The notes below the pieces were generated by a model. The model made no database searches. It had not been told where the DNA came from and worked only from the letters and a program-made list of their open reading frames with translations. A DNA stretch of 64,000 nucleotides from Desulfobacterales bacterium (GTDB lineage Bacteria > Desulfobacterota > Desulfobacteria > Desulfobacterales > UBA5852): contig CAXXVS010000001.1 of the NCBI GenBank assembly GCA_963674755.2, positions 480,001-544,000 on the forward strand. Reading direction: 5' to 3'. Below are positions 28,596 through 38,604 of this stretch, in pieces (position 1 is the stretch's first letter; each line of letters starts with the position of its first letter). A program made the position numbers and the translations under genes.

Positions 28596-29663
28596 ATGAG
28601 ACGCTTTATCAAGAAGACATCCAAGAAAGCGGGGATGCCGCCGGGCAGCCTGGTCCATATCGGCGAGCGTAAGCAGGAGCATGTCCGTATATCGGTGTTG
28701 GATTACGAAGCCGATCGCTTTGACGAGCAGACGCCCGGCGCGGTGGAGGCGGTCTTTCCCTTACGGGAGGAACCCACCACCTCCTGGATCAATATCGACG
28801 GCGTGCACGACATGGCGGTGATCGAGAAGCTGGGCGCTCATTTCCGGATTCACCCCCTGACCCTGGAAGACGTGGTCAACACCTCCCAGCGGCCGAAGAT
28901 GGAAGAATTCGACGACTACCTCTTTGTGGTGCTGAAGATGCTGCGGCACGACGGGGCCGGCCGGGTGCGTTCGGAACAGGTCAGCCTGGTGGTGGGGGTG
29001 AACTTCCTGTTGTCTTTCCAGGAGGCGGAGGGTGATGTCTTCGATGCCGTGCGGGATCGCATCCGCAAGGGTCAGGGACGGATCCGCCGCAGTGGCAGCG
29101 CCTATCTGGCCTATGCCCTGGCGGACTGCATCGTGGACAATTATTTTCTGATCCTGGAGCAGTTGAGTGAAAAAATTGAAACCCTCGAAGGGCGGCTCTA
29201 CGATGCCATCGACGACGGAACGCGTCTGTTGCATGAAATCTACCACCTGAAGCAGGAGATGATTTACCTGCGCAAACAGATCTGGCCCCTGCGGGATACC
29301 TTGAGCCGGCTGACCAAAACCGAAAATCCGCTGGTGCCGGAAAAAACGAAGGTTTTCTTCTCGGATGTCTACGACCACCTGATTCAGGCCCTGGAAATCA
29401 TCGATTCCCTGCATGCCGTCCTTTCGAGCCTGCAGGATCTCTATCTATCCATGAACAGCCAGCGCATGAACGAGGTCATGAAGGTGCTGACCATCATTGC
29501 CACGATTTTCATCCCCATCACCTTCGTGGCCGGCATCTACGGCATGAATTTCGAGTATATGCCGGAGTTGAAGTGGCATTGGGGGTATTTTGCGGTGTGG
29601 GGCCTTTTCGCCGCCATCACGGCCGGCATGCTGGTCTACTTCAGGCGCCGCAAATGGTTATAG
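28596..29663 (+). CDS. corA: Magnesium/cobalt transporter CorA
   Basis: HPLTLED, QRPK.EE, GIYGMNF..MPEL.W. Confidence 0.96.
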   Translation: MRRFIKKTSKKAGMPPGSLVHIGERKQEHVRISVLDYEADRFDEQTPGAVEAVFPLREEPTTSWINIDGVHDMAVIEKLGAHFRIHPLTLEDVVNTSQRPKMEEFDDYLFVVLKMLRHDGAGRVRSEQVSLVVGVNFLLSFQEAEGDVFDAVRDRIRKGQGRIRRSGSAYLAYALADCIVDNYFLILEQLSEKIETLEGRLYDAIDDGTRLLHEIYHLKQEMIYLRKQIWPLRDTLSRLTKTENPLVPEKTKVFFSDVYDHLIQALEIIDSLHAVLSSLQDLYLSMNSQRMNEVMKVLTIIATIFIPITFVAGIYGMNFEYMPELKWHWGYFAVWGLFAAITAGMLVYFRRRKWL

Positions 29664-30998
29664 TTTTTTCAGCAACTGATTGGCCGCCGTGAGCATGGGG
29701 TCCCAGGTGGGCCCGAAGGGCGGGGCATAGGCCAGATCCGTCATACTGAATTGTTCCACGGTCATGTGGGCGTGCAGCGCCACGGCCGGCGCGTGCAGCC
29801 GATGGGCCACGCCGTCATGACCGACCATCTGGACCCCCAGCAGACGACCCGATCCGCGATCCCCCACCATGGAGACCCAGATATCGGACGCACCGGGATG
29901 GGCATGGGCCCGGGAGCGGGATTTGATCACCACCGATGCCGGTTCCAGGCCGGCGGCCCGCGCTTCGTCTTCATTGAGTCCGGTGCGGGCCACCTGGAAG
30001 CCGAAGACTTTGAAGACCGCCGACCCGGCGACGCCCGCCAGGCGGCGGTTGATGCCGCAGACATTGTCGGCCACAGCCCACCCGGCGCGGTTGGCCCGCA
30101 GCGCCAGGGGGATCCAGGTGCGCTGTCCGGTAACCACGTGAAACGCATCGGCACAGTCCCCGGCGGCATAAATGTGTTTGGCCGATGTCCGCTGCCGGGC
30201 ATCCACCGCGATGGCCCCGGCAACCGAGGTCTGCAACTCCGCCGCGGTGGCCAGATCGCTGGTGGGCCGGATACCGACCGCCACCAGAACCAGGTCGGCT
30301 TCCAGCGTGAGATCGGTACATACGACGGCCAGGTGCCCGTTAGCTTTTTCGATCTTCCCGACGGCCTGGCCGAGATGAACGCCAACGCCTTTGGCGGCTA
30401 CTTCGTTTTCGACCTGCGCGGCCAGACGGCTTTCCATCCAGGGCAGAAACGTTTTACGGGGCTTCACCATGTCCACCGCGATATCGCGCTCCCGCAAGGC
30501 CTCGCACATTTCCAGGGCGATATAGCCCATGCCGATGATGACCGTCCTGCGGACATCCCACTGGTCGATGAAGTGTTTGAGGGCACGTCCGTGGGCCAGA
30601 TTTTTAAGAACCATCACCCCGGGCAGGTCGATCCCCGGGATGGCGGGTTTGACCGGAGCGGCCCCGGTGGCGATCAGCAGGTTGTCATAGGGGAAGGTCT
30701 GTTCCCGGCCGTCGCGGTCGTGTGCCGCGACGCACTTGTTTTCCGGGTCGATGGCCGTGGCTTCGATGCCGGTGCGCAGATCGATGCCCTGTTTGTCCCG
30801 GAACACTTCGGCCCGGCGCACCACCAGGTCTTCGATGGACCGGTCGGGATCCGCGATATTGTAAGGCATGCCGCAGGCACTGTAGGATACGTCAGCGGTT
30901 TTTTCGAGGACGGTGACATTCAGATCGGGCTGGTTGCGTTTGGCCCGGCTGGCGGCGCTCATGCCGGCGGCATCGCCGCCGATGACGAGGAAATTCAT
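29658..30998 (-). CDS. CoA-disulfide reductase / NADH oxidase family flavoprotein
   Basis: IGGDAAG, SYSACGMPY, YAAGDC, DLAYAPPF. Confidence 0.92.
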   Translation of the reverse strand: MNFLVIGGDAAGMSAASRAKRNQPDLNVTVLEKTADVSYSACGMPYNIADPDRSIEDLVVRRAEVFRDKQGIDLRTGIEATAIDPENKCVAAHDRDGREQTFPYDNLLIATGAAPVKPAIPGIDLPGVMVLKNLAHGRALKHFIDQWDVRRTVIIGMGYIALEMCEALRERDIAVDMVKPRKTFLPWMESRLAAQVENEVAAKGVGVHLGQAVGKIEKANGHLAVVCTDLTLEADLVLVAVGIRPTSDLATAAELQTSVAGAIAVDARQRTSAKHIYAAGDCADAFHVVTGQRTWIPLALRANRAGWAVADNVCGINRRLAGVAGSAVFKVFGFQVARTGLNEDEARAAGLEPASVVIKSRSRAHAHPGASDIWVSMVGDRGSGRLLGVQMVGHDGVAHRLHAPAVALHAHMTVEQFSMTDLAYAPPFGPTWDPMLTAANQLLKKL

Positions 30999-31206
30999 GG
31001 AAGCCTCCCATCGTGGAACTTGAGGATGACCGCCTGCAGACGGCCGCGACCGGACAAAAGGGCAGCGCAGGCTTGCAAGCGGATCGGCAACCCGCTATAG
31101 GGCTGTCGCAACAGACAACGCTCCGGCCCAGGCGAGATACCCCATTGGCCGGATGCTGCGAGTCAAAACATAGCACTTATTATAAAGCGTTCCAAACGAA
31201 TATCCC

Positions 31207-34200
31207 ATGACCGCCCCCAACGATCCGCATTCATCGCCACCGCCAGGACGACCCGTCTCCCCGGGGGCCCGTTTGCGCGCCCTGGAAGGCCTGTTGCCGG
31301 AGGCCATGGCCCGGGACCGCCATCAGGCCGGGGAGACGATCGGCCATATCCGCTACCAGTTGCGCAAGCGCCGCCGGGTGAAACGCCTGGCGGAACAGTT
31401 GGATGCGCTGGAGCGGCGCCTGGCCCATTCCGCCGCCATCCGCCGGCAGCGCCAGGCCTCGCGGCCCGGCTGGGAGCCCCTCGAAGCGCTGCCCATTACG
31501 GCCCACCGGGAGGCCATCGTGGCGGCCATTGCCGACCATCCGGTGGTCATCGTGGCCGGGGAGACCGGTTCCGGCAAGACCACCCAGCTGCCCAAATTCT
31601 GTCTGGAGGCCGGGCGGGGTCTGGCCGGGTTGATCGGCTGCACCCAGCCGCGGCGCATCGCGGCTACCACGGTGGCCCAGCGGATCGCCGAAGAACTGGG
31701 AGAGCCTCCGGGAAGATCGGTGGGCTACAAGATCCGCTTCCAGGACCGCACCGACCCCAACGGTTATATCAAGGTCATGACCGACGGCATCCTGCTGGCC
31801 GAGGCCCAGGGGGATCCGTCCCTGACCGCCTACGATACCCTCATCGTGGACGAAGCCCACGAACGCAGCCTCAATATCGATTTCATCCTCGGCATTCTCA
31901 AAAAACTGCTCCAGCGGCGCAAGGATCTCAAGCTCGTCATTACATCGGCCACCATCGATACCGAAAAATTTGCCCGGGCCTTCGATGGGGCGCCGATCAT
32001 CGAGGTGTCGGGGCGTTTGTATCCCGTGGAGGTGCGCTACCGCCCGGTCCAGGAGGGCGAAGAAGGCGAGGGCGAGGAAACCTATGTGGAAGCGGCGCTT
32101 GCAGCCGTGGACGATCTGATCCGGGAGAGCTCCCGGGGGGACATGCTGGTCTTCATGCCCAGCGAGCAGGATATCCGCGACACCTGTGAACTGTTGGAGG
32201 GCCGCGGTTATGGCAAGACCGAGATCATGCCGCTCTATGCCCGTCTCTCGGCCGCCGACCAGCGCCGGGTGTTCACCGGCCGCGGGGCGCGCAAAATCGT
32301 CGTGGCCACCAATGTGGCCGAAACGTCGATTACCATTCCCGGGATCGGCTATGTGGTGGACACGGGGCTGGCCCGTATCCCGCGCTATTCGCCCCGCACC
32401 CGCACGACCGCCCTGCCCATCGCCCCCATCGCCCGCAGCAGCGCCGACCAGCGCATGGGGCGCTGCGGCCGGGTGGCCAACGGCATCTGCGTCCGGCTCT
32501 ATACCGAAGAAGACTACCAGGGGCGGCCCCGCTTTACCCCGCCGGAGATTCTGCGGGCCAACCTGGCCGAAGTCATCCTGCGGATGATCAGCTTGCAATT
32601 GGGGGACATCAGTACCTTTCCCTTTATCGACCCGCCCGATCCCCGCAGCGTGCACGACGGCCTGCAACTGCTGCTGGAGCTGGACGCCATCGAGAAGCAC
32701 GACGGCCCTTCCCGCCGCAAAGGGCTGGCCGGCTACCGGCTGACCGACCAGGGGCGGATCATGGCCCGCATGCCCATCGATCCGCGGCTTTCCAGGATGC
32801 TGATCGAAGCCCGGCACCACGGCTGCCTGCCCCAATTGCTGGTGATCGCGGCAGCCCTCAGCATCCAGGATCCCCGCGAGCGACCGGTGGACAAGGAGCA
32901 GGCCGCCGACCAGGCCCACGGCCGCTTCCGGGATCCGGCCTCCGACTTCGTGACCCTGCTCAACATCTGGGAGCTATCCCGGGAGCACGTGGGCAGCGGG
33001 CCCCTCAGACGGTTTTGCCGGGCGCATTTTCTGTCGTTCCGGCGCATGCGCGAGTGGCGCGATATCCACCGCCAGCTGAGCGCCATCGCGGAAGAGGCCG
33101 CTTTAGGAAACCGCGGCGCCGGCCCGGCCCAAGCCCCCCCGGCGGCCGCTGACGACCGTACGGCGACCTTCGGCGCGCTTTACACGGCGATTCATATGGC
33201 CGTCCTGAGCGGGTTTCTCACCAATATCGCCCACAAGAAAGAGAAGAATATTTTTCGGGCCGCCCGGGGCCGGGAATGCATGCTCTTCCCCGGATCGGGC
33301 CTCTTCAACCGGGCCGGGGACTGGATCGTGGCGGCCGAAATGGTGCACACCTCCCGTTTGTTCGCCCGCATGGCGGCCAACATCGACAGCGCCTGGCTCG
33401 AACGCCTGGCCGGCCGGCAATGCCGCTACACCTACCTGGAACCGCATTGGTCCCGCAAGCGCGGCCAGGTGGTGGCCGACGAGCAGGTCATTCTCTTCGG
33501 CCTCACCATCGTCGAGCACCGCCCGGTGTCCTATGGAAAAGTCGATCCCGAAGGCGCCGCTGAAATTTTTGTGCGCAGCGCCCTGATCGCCGGGGATGTC
33601 CGCCAGCCGCCGGCCTTCATGGCGCACAACCGCGCCCTGATCGAAACGGTGACCGACATGGAAAACCGTCTCCGCCGCCGGGATCTTTTAGTGGATGAGG
33701 AGACCCTCTACCACTTCTATCGCGACCGGCTGGGAACGATCGCCGATACCCGGTCCCTGGCGCGCTTGATCAAAACCAGAGGCGGGGATGCCTTTTTGCG
33801 GCTCCAGCCGGAAGACCTTCTGCGGGCGGAACCCGATGCGGCGGAACTGGCCCTTTACCCGGACGAGATCCATCTGGGAGAGGCCCGGCTCAAGGCCGAC
33901 TACCGGTTCGAGCCGGGAGCCGAAGACGACGGCATCACCGTGGCCGTGCCGGCGGGCAGCGTCCACCGCGTCGATCCGGCCGATGCCGACTGGCTGGTGC
34001 CGGGCCTGCTGGGGGAGAAAATTGCCGCCATGCTCAAGGCTCTGCCGAAACCCTATCGCCGGCAGCTGGTCCCGGTGAATGATACGGCTGACATCATCGC
34101 CCGGGAAATGCCCAAGACCAAGGAGGATCTGGCCACCGCGCTGGGCCACTTCATCCACAGCCGTTTCAAGGTGGACATTCCGGCCGCGGCCTGGCAGGAA

Positions 34201-35247
34201 GTGGTTATCCCGGATCACCTGCGCCTGCGGTTTGCGGTTGTGGCTGCGGACGGCGAGGCCCTGGCCGTGGGCCGCGAGCCGGCGGTGTTGAACACGGTAG
34301 CGCCCGAGCTGCCACCCGACCGCCAACTGGAAAGGGCCCGGCGCCAATGGGAATGCGACGATCTCACGGACTGGCCGGCGGTGGACCTGCCGGAGCAGAT
34401 CGAGATCGGCAACGAGCGGACCGGCCGGCATATCCTGTTCCCGGCCCTGACCGTCACAGGGCCGGCGGAGCACCGCGTCGGGGTACGTTTGCATGGCACC
34501 TTCGAGCAGGCCGAGAAGGCCCAGCGCGCCGGGGTGGCCGCCCTTTTGGAGCAGCGGCTGGCGACTGACCTGCGGCATCTCAAACGGCAGTTGACCCTGC
34601 CCCGGGACGCCGCCACCCAGGTTCGCTTCGAGGGGGGCGCCCGGGCCCTCGAACAGCAGCTCTACGACCGGGTCAAACACGATTTGTTCTATCAGCCGGT
34701 CCGCACCAGGGAGGCCTTTGCATCCCTGGCGGCATCGGCCCAGCGGGCATTGATCACCACCGGGCGACACTATCTGGAAGCCGTGCTTCCGGTTTTGGAA
34801 GCCCTTGATCAGGTGCGCACAACGCTTTTCCGGGTGGAAGGTCAGCTGGGTGCCAAAGGGCCTCTGGCGGACTTCCTCCAGGCCCGGCGGGAGGAGATCC
34901 AGCGCCTGGTGCCGGCCCGTTTTGTCTTCCTCTATGGACAGGAGCGCTTGCCGCACCTGGTGCGCTACCTGCAAGCCGTGGCCCTCCGGGTGGAGCGGGC
35001 CGTGGTGCAATTCGACCGCGATCAGGCCAAAGCCGAAGCGCTCCGGCGCTGGGAAGACGGCCTGCAGGCGCTGCTCGACCAACTCAATGCCCGCTCGTCG
35101 GATCGCAAACGGGCGGCCCTGGAGGAACTGTTTTGGATGATCGAGGAGTACAAGGTCTCCCTTTTCGCCCAGGAGCTCAAGACGGCCGGACCGATTTCGG
35201 CCAAGCGGTTGGAGAAGAAGGTGGCCGAGATCCGGCGCATGGCCTGA
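31207..35247 (+). CDS. hrpA: ATP-dependent RNA helicase HrpA
   Basis: GETGSGKTTQLPK, DEAH, SAT, ATNVAETS, QRMGRCGR and C-terminal WMIEE.KVSLFAQEL. Confidence 0.96.
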   Translation: MTAPNDPHSSPPPGRPVSPGARLRALEGLLPEAMARDRHQAGETIGHIRYQLRKRRRVKRLAEQLDALERRLAHSAAIRRQRQASRPGWEPLEALPITAHREAIVAAIADHPVVIVAGETGSGKTTQLPKFCLEAGRGLAGLIGCTQPRRIAATTVAQRIAEELGEPPGRSVGYKIRFQDRTDPNGYIKVMTDGILLAEAQGDPSLTAYDTLIVDEAHERSLNIDFILGILKKLLQRRKDLKLVITSATIDTEKFARAFDGAPIIEVSGRLYPVEVRYRPVQEGEEGEGEETYVEAALAAVDDLIRESSRGDMLVFMPSEQDIRDTCELLEGRGYGKTEIMPLYARLSAADQRRVFTGRGARKIVVATNVAETSITIPGIGYVVDTGLARIPRYSPRTRTTALPIAPIARSSADQRMGRCGRVANGICVRLYTEEDYQGRPRFTPPEILRANLAEVILRMISLQLGDISTFPFIDPPDPRSVHDGLQLLLELDAIEKHDGPSRRKGLAGYRLTDQGRIMARMPIDPRLSRMLIEARHHGCLPQLLVIAAALSIQDPRERPVDKEQAADQAHGRFRDPASDFVTLLNIWELSREHVGSGPLRRFCRAHFLSFRRMREWRDIHRQLSAIAEEAALGNRGAGPAQAPPAAADDRTATFGALYTAIHMAVLSGFLTNIAHKKEKNIFRAARGRECMLFPGSGLFNRAGDWIVAAEMVHTSRLFARMAANIDSAWLERLAGRQCRYTYLEPHWSRKRGQVVADEQVILFGLTIVEHRPVSYGKVDPEGAAEIFVRSALIAGDVRQPPAFMAHNRALIETVTDMENRLRRRDLLVDEETLYHFYRDRLGTIADTRSLARLIKTRGGDAFLRLQPEDLLRAEPDAAELALYPDEIHLGEARLKADYRFEPGAEDDGITVAVPAGSVHRVDPADADWLVPGLLGEKIAAMLKALPKPYRRQLVPVNDTADIIAREMPKTKEDLATALGHFIHSRFKVDIPAAAWQEVVIPDHLRLRFAVVAADGEALAVGREPAVLNTVAPELPPDRQLERARRQWECDDLTDWPAVDLPEQIEIGNERTGRHILFPALTVTGPAEHRVGVRLHGTFEQAEKAQRAGVAALLEQRLATDLRHLKRQLTLPRDAATQVRFEGGARALEQQLYDRVKHDLFYQPVRTREAFASLAASAQRALITTGRHYLEAVLPVLEALDQVRTTLFRVEGQLGAKGPLADFLQARREEIQRLVPARFVFLYGQERLPHLVRYLQAVALRVERAVVQFDRDQAKAEALRRWEDGLQALLDQLNARSSDRKRAALEELFWMIEEYKVSLFAQELKTAGPISAKRLEKKVAEIRRMA

Positions 35248-35389
35248 CATTCGTTTCCAAGGGGCATCTTTCGGCCCCGGCCGGCGTTCTCGCCTTTCAA
35301 CAATCCTCGGCGTAGACAACTACGCCTGCGGTTGTGGAAAGGCTGCGGCCTTGGCCGGAACCAAAATCTACCCCTTGGAAACGAATGTC
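35246..35389. repeat. 144-bp MITE-like palindromic element
   Basis: Perfect 19-bp terminal IR GACATTCGTTTCCAAGGGG / CCCCTTGGAAACGAATGTC and central GGCGTAG-acaa-CTACGCC hairpin. Confidence 0.85.
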
Positions 35390-35423
35390 TGATGGAAGTA
35401 TGTCCTCCCTCCGGTGGTGCGTA

Positions 35424-36242
35424 ATGGTCGGTCATGCCATAAAAACGAGATCGCTTCTGCTTTTCCTGGGCCTGGCCTATGGGGCTTTGTGGGGCCTCTT
35501 TGGGCTGGGCACCTGGCTGGGGATTCCTTTTTCGATGGATCCGCGAACGCGGGGCGGGCTATTTTTCCTGATCGGCGCTGCTGCGCCGTCGTTGAGCGCC
35601 CTGGGGGCGGTCTTCGTTGTCGAGAAAGCGGAAGGGCTGCGGGGGTTGTTGAAGCGCGCCCTGGCCTGGCGGTTTTCGCCCTTCTGGTATCTGACGGCCG
35701 TTGCCGTCCCCTTCGCCGTCAACGGCCTCAATGCACTGATAGCCGTTGCCTTTCTGGGGCGCGCTTTGCCTTCCCAATGGTATGCGCCGGCCTTCGGACC
35801 GGGGTTTCTGTTGTTCTTTCTGGTCTATAACGGCCTGGGGGAAGAAATCGGCTGGCGCGGGCTGGCCCTGCCGGTTCTCCAGCAGCGGCTGGGATCCCTG
35901 GGCGGCAGCATCGCGGTGGGCGTGCTGTGGGCGCTGTGGCATCTGCCCCTGTTCTGGATGCGGGGGTCCTACCAGTACGGTGATTCGATCCTTTTGTTCA
36001 TGCTGCTCCTGACCTGCTGGTCCATCATCATCGGCATGCTCGTCGACAAAGGCGGCGGCAGTATTCTGCCGGCGATTTTGTTGCATGAAGGGGCCAATTT
36101 CATTGCCTTCAGTTTCCGCTACCCGGGCTCGGGTTACGGTTATCTCGTCTGGATTCTGGCGGCCGGCCTGGCCGCGCTCTGGTTGCCGCGGCCGCGCTGG
36201 AAGTGGCCATGGCAGGCGACGGATTCCCCTGCCATCCGCTGA
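35424..36242 (+). CDS. CPBP (CAAX/Abi) family intramembrane glutamic endopeptidase
   Basis: GEEIGWRG, WALWHLP, H...N motifs. Confidence 0.88.
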   Translation: MVGHAIKTRSLLLFLGLAYGALWGLFGLGTWLGIPFSMDPRTRGGLFFLIGAAAPSLSALGAVFVVEKAEGLRGLLKRALAWRFSPFWYLTAVAVPFAVNGLNALIAVAFLGRALPSQWYAPAFGPGFLLFFLVYNGLGEEIGWRGLALPVLQQRLGSLGGSIAVGVLWALWHLPLFWMRGSYQYGDSILLFMLLLTCWSIIIGMLVDKGGGSILPAILLHEGANFIAFSFRYPGSGYGYLVWILAAGLAALWLPRPRWKWPWQATDSPAIR

Positions 36243-36250
36243 CGACCGTC

Positions 36251-37105
36251 TCATCTGAAATCCGTCGGGCCTCGGTATTGCTCGGCCAGGGCCTCGTAGG
36301 TTTCGGCCTCCCGGATTTTACCCCGTTTGCGGCAGCCCGCCGCATAAATAATGCATTTTTCCACAAGCTTGGCTTTTGCCGCACAGAACTGATCGTCTGA
36401 GAGCGTACCGCTGCCAAGGATCTTGTCGAGGGACTGGATGCGGTAGCGGTCCAGGCTGTGTTGGCGGGAGAGCTGATCCGGGTGGCCGCCGCGTTTGACC
36501 ACCAGGGGCTCTTCGATCAGGTGGATCGGATAATGCGCACTGACCCGCAGCCAGAGATCGTAATCCTCACAGGCGGGCAGTTCCTCGTCGAACAGACCCA
36601 CCGCGTCGAACAGTTCCCGGCGCATCATGACGGCCGATGGACTCACCAGGCAAAGCCCTAAGGAAGGTTCGAAAATCCACCCCGAGGGTTTGCGGTGCCG
36701 CTGCTTGGGATTGACGCGTACGCCCCGGCGAATCCAGATTTCCTCGGTCTGGCAGATCATGGCGTCCGGGTGGGCGTCGAAAAAGGCCACCTGGTGGGCC
36801 AGCTTTTCCGGCTGCCACCAATCGTCCGAATCCAGAAAGGCCAGCAGCCGCCCACATGAAGCCTGGATGCCCCGGTTACGGGCGGCACTGACGCCCTGAT
36901 TCGTCTGTTGCAGAAACCGTACGGGGGGGCCCCAGGACGAGGCGATTCGGGCGGTATCGTCGCGGGAGCCGTCGTTCACGATGATCAGCTCGAAATCCTG
37001 GAAGGTTTGCTCCCTTACGGAGGTCACGGCCTGGGGCAGGCACCAGGCCCGGTTGTAGGTCGGGATGATAACGGACACCGGAACGGCGGGCGTGCTTGGG
37101 GTCAT
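36251..37105 (-). CDS. Glycosyltransferase family 2
   Basis: VSVIIPTYNR, VNDGS, AFLDSDD, EDYDLWLR. Confidence 0.92.
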   Translation of the reverse strand: MTPSTPAVPVSVIIPTYNRAWCLPQAVTSVREQTFQDFELIIVNDGSRDDTARIASSWGPPVRFLQQTNQGVSAARNRGIQASCGRLLAFLDSDDWWQPEKLAHQVAFFDAHPDAMICQTEEIWIRRGVRVNPKQRHRKPSGWIFEPSLGLCLVSPSAVMMRRELFDAVGLFDEELPACEDYDLWLRVSAHYPIHLIEEPLVVKRGGHPDQLSRQHSLDRYRIQSLDKILGSGTLSDDQFCAAKAKLVEKCIIYAAGCRKRGKIREAETYEALAEQYRGPTDFR

Positions 37106-37401
37106 ATGGCGCTTCCACATAAGGTCATGGAACCAAAACGGCTGTCCCGGCCCACTGATAGAAGGACTGGTGCGCAATGTCAATTCGGACGGGCGCTGCC
37201 GCCCGTTCTCGAAAAGGGCTATTGGTCCCGGGGGGTTGCACTTGACGGGCCGATTTGTTACACAGATAGGCCTCAACCCGTTCAATTTTTATTTTGCATT
37301 CATTCCCCGTAGGTTACACCAGAAAGGAGGCCATCTTCAAACGCCATTCTGGCCCCACTGTTCACGCGGGCCATAACCCTTATGTATTCGAGGAGGTTCC
37401 C

Positions 37402-38382
37402 ATGAGAAAAGCACTATTCTTGACGGTTGCCATCGTATTCGGCCTGGCCCTGATAATGGGCGGCACCCCGGCCGACGTCCAGGCCAAAACCACCTTTGTC
37501 ACCATCGGCACCGGCGGGATTACGGGTGTCTACTATCCCACCGGCGGCGCCATCGCCAAGATGGTCAATGCCAAACGCGACGAGTACGGCATCCGTGCCA
37601 CGGTCGAGTCCACCGGCGGATCGGCCTTCAACATCAACGCCGTCATGGCCGGCGACCTGGAGTTCGGCGTAGCCCAGTCCGACCGCCAGTATCAGGCTTA
37701 TAACGGTATCGAAGAGTGGGCCGGTAAACCCCAGAAAGACCTGCGGGCCGTATTCTCGATTCACGCGGAGACGGTCGACCTGATCGCCTCGGTGGATTCC
37801 GGCATCAATACCATCCAGGACCTCAAGGGCAAGCGCGTCAATATCGGCAATTTCGGCTCCGGATTTCGCCAAAACGCCATTGATGCCCTGGAAGCCAACG
37901 GATTGAATTACGAGACCGATTTCACCGCCGAAAACATCGCGGCGCCCGAAGCACCCGGCCTCATTCAGGACGGCCGCCTAGATGCTGCTTTCTACACCGT
38001 GGGGCATCCCAGCGGCTATTACAAGGAAGCCACGGCCGGCAAGGTCAAGGTCAAATTCATCCCGATTCCCAATACGGACAAGATCGTCGCCAAGTATCCC
38101 TACTACGCCAAGGCCAAGACCCTGATGTCCAACTACCCGGGCGCCGCCAACACCGAAGACGCTGTCGAGACGTTCGGTGTCAAAGCCACCTTCGTGACTT
38201 CCGCCAATGTGCCCGATGAAGTGGTCTATGCCATCACCAAGGAAGTCTTCGACAACTTCGATCAATTCGTCAAGCTCCACCCGGCCTATGCCGGCCTGAC
38301 CAAGGAAGACATGCTGACCGGTCTTTCCGCGCCGATCCATCCCGGTGCAATGAAATACTACAAGGAAGCCGGTCTGAAGTAA
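37402..38382 (+). CDS. TAXI-family TRAP solute receptor
   Basis: IGTGG.TGVYYP.G, STGGS..N, QSD, PIHPGA.KYY. Confidence 0.95.
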   Translation: MRKALFLTVAIVFGLALIMGGTPADVQAKTTFVTIGTGGITGVYYPTGGAIAKMVNAKRDEYGIRATVESTGGSAFNINAVMAGDLEFGVAQSDRQYQAYNGIEEWAGKPQKDLRAVFSIHAETVDLIASVDSGINTIQDLKGKRVNIGNFGSGFRQNAIDALEANGLNYETDFTAENIAAPEAPGLIQDGRLDAAFYTVGHPSGYYKEATAGKVKVKFIPIPNTDKIVAKYPYYAKAKTLMSNYPGAANTEDAVETFGVKATFVTSANVPDEVVYAITKEVFDNFDQFVKLHPAYAGLTKEDMLTGLSAPIHPGAMKYYKEAGLK

Positions 38383-38604
38383 TCCGTCATAAGCCCACGG
38401 CGGCGGGTCGCCCTATTCACGCGATTGTCTTTCAGGGGATCTGCCGCCGTACAGGCGCGATATCGCGCCAGAGAGTTACCCCATTTTGGGGGCGTGCAAT
38501 TCCGCCGAATACGACTCATGCCCTGAGCGCTAAACACGTTTCGACTTCCCCAGGAAATGCGGCATCGGAAGCTTCGGATCTTTATTTTGGAGTAGGTGAC
38601 CACC

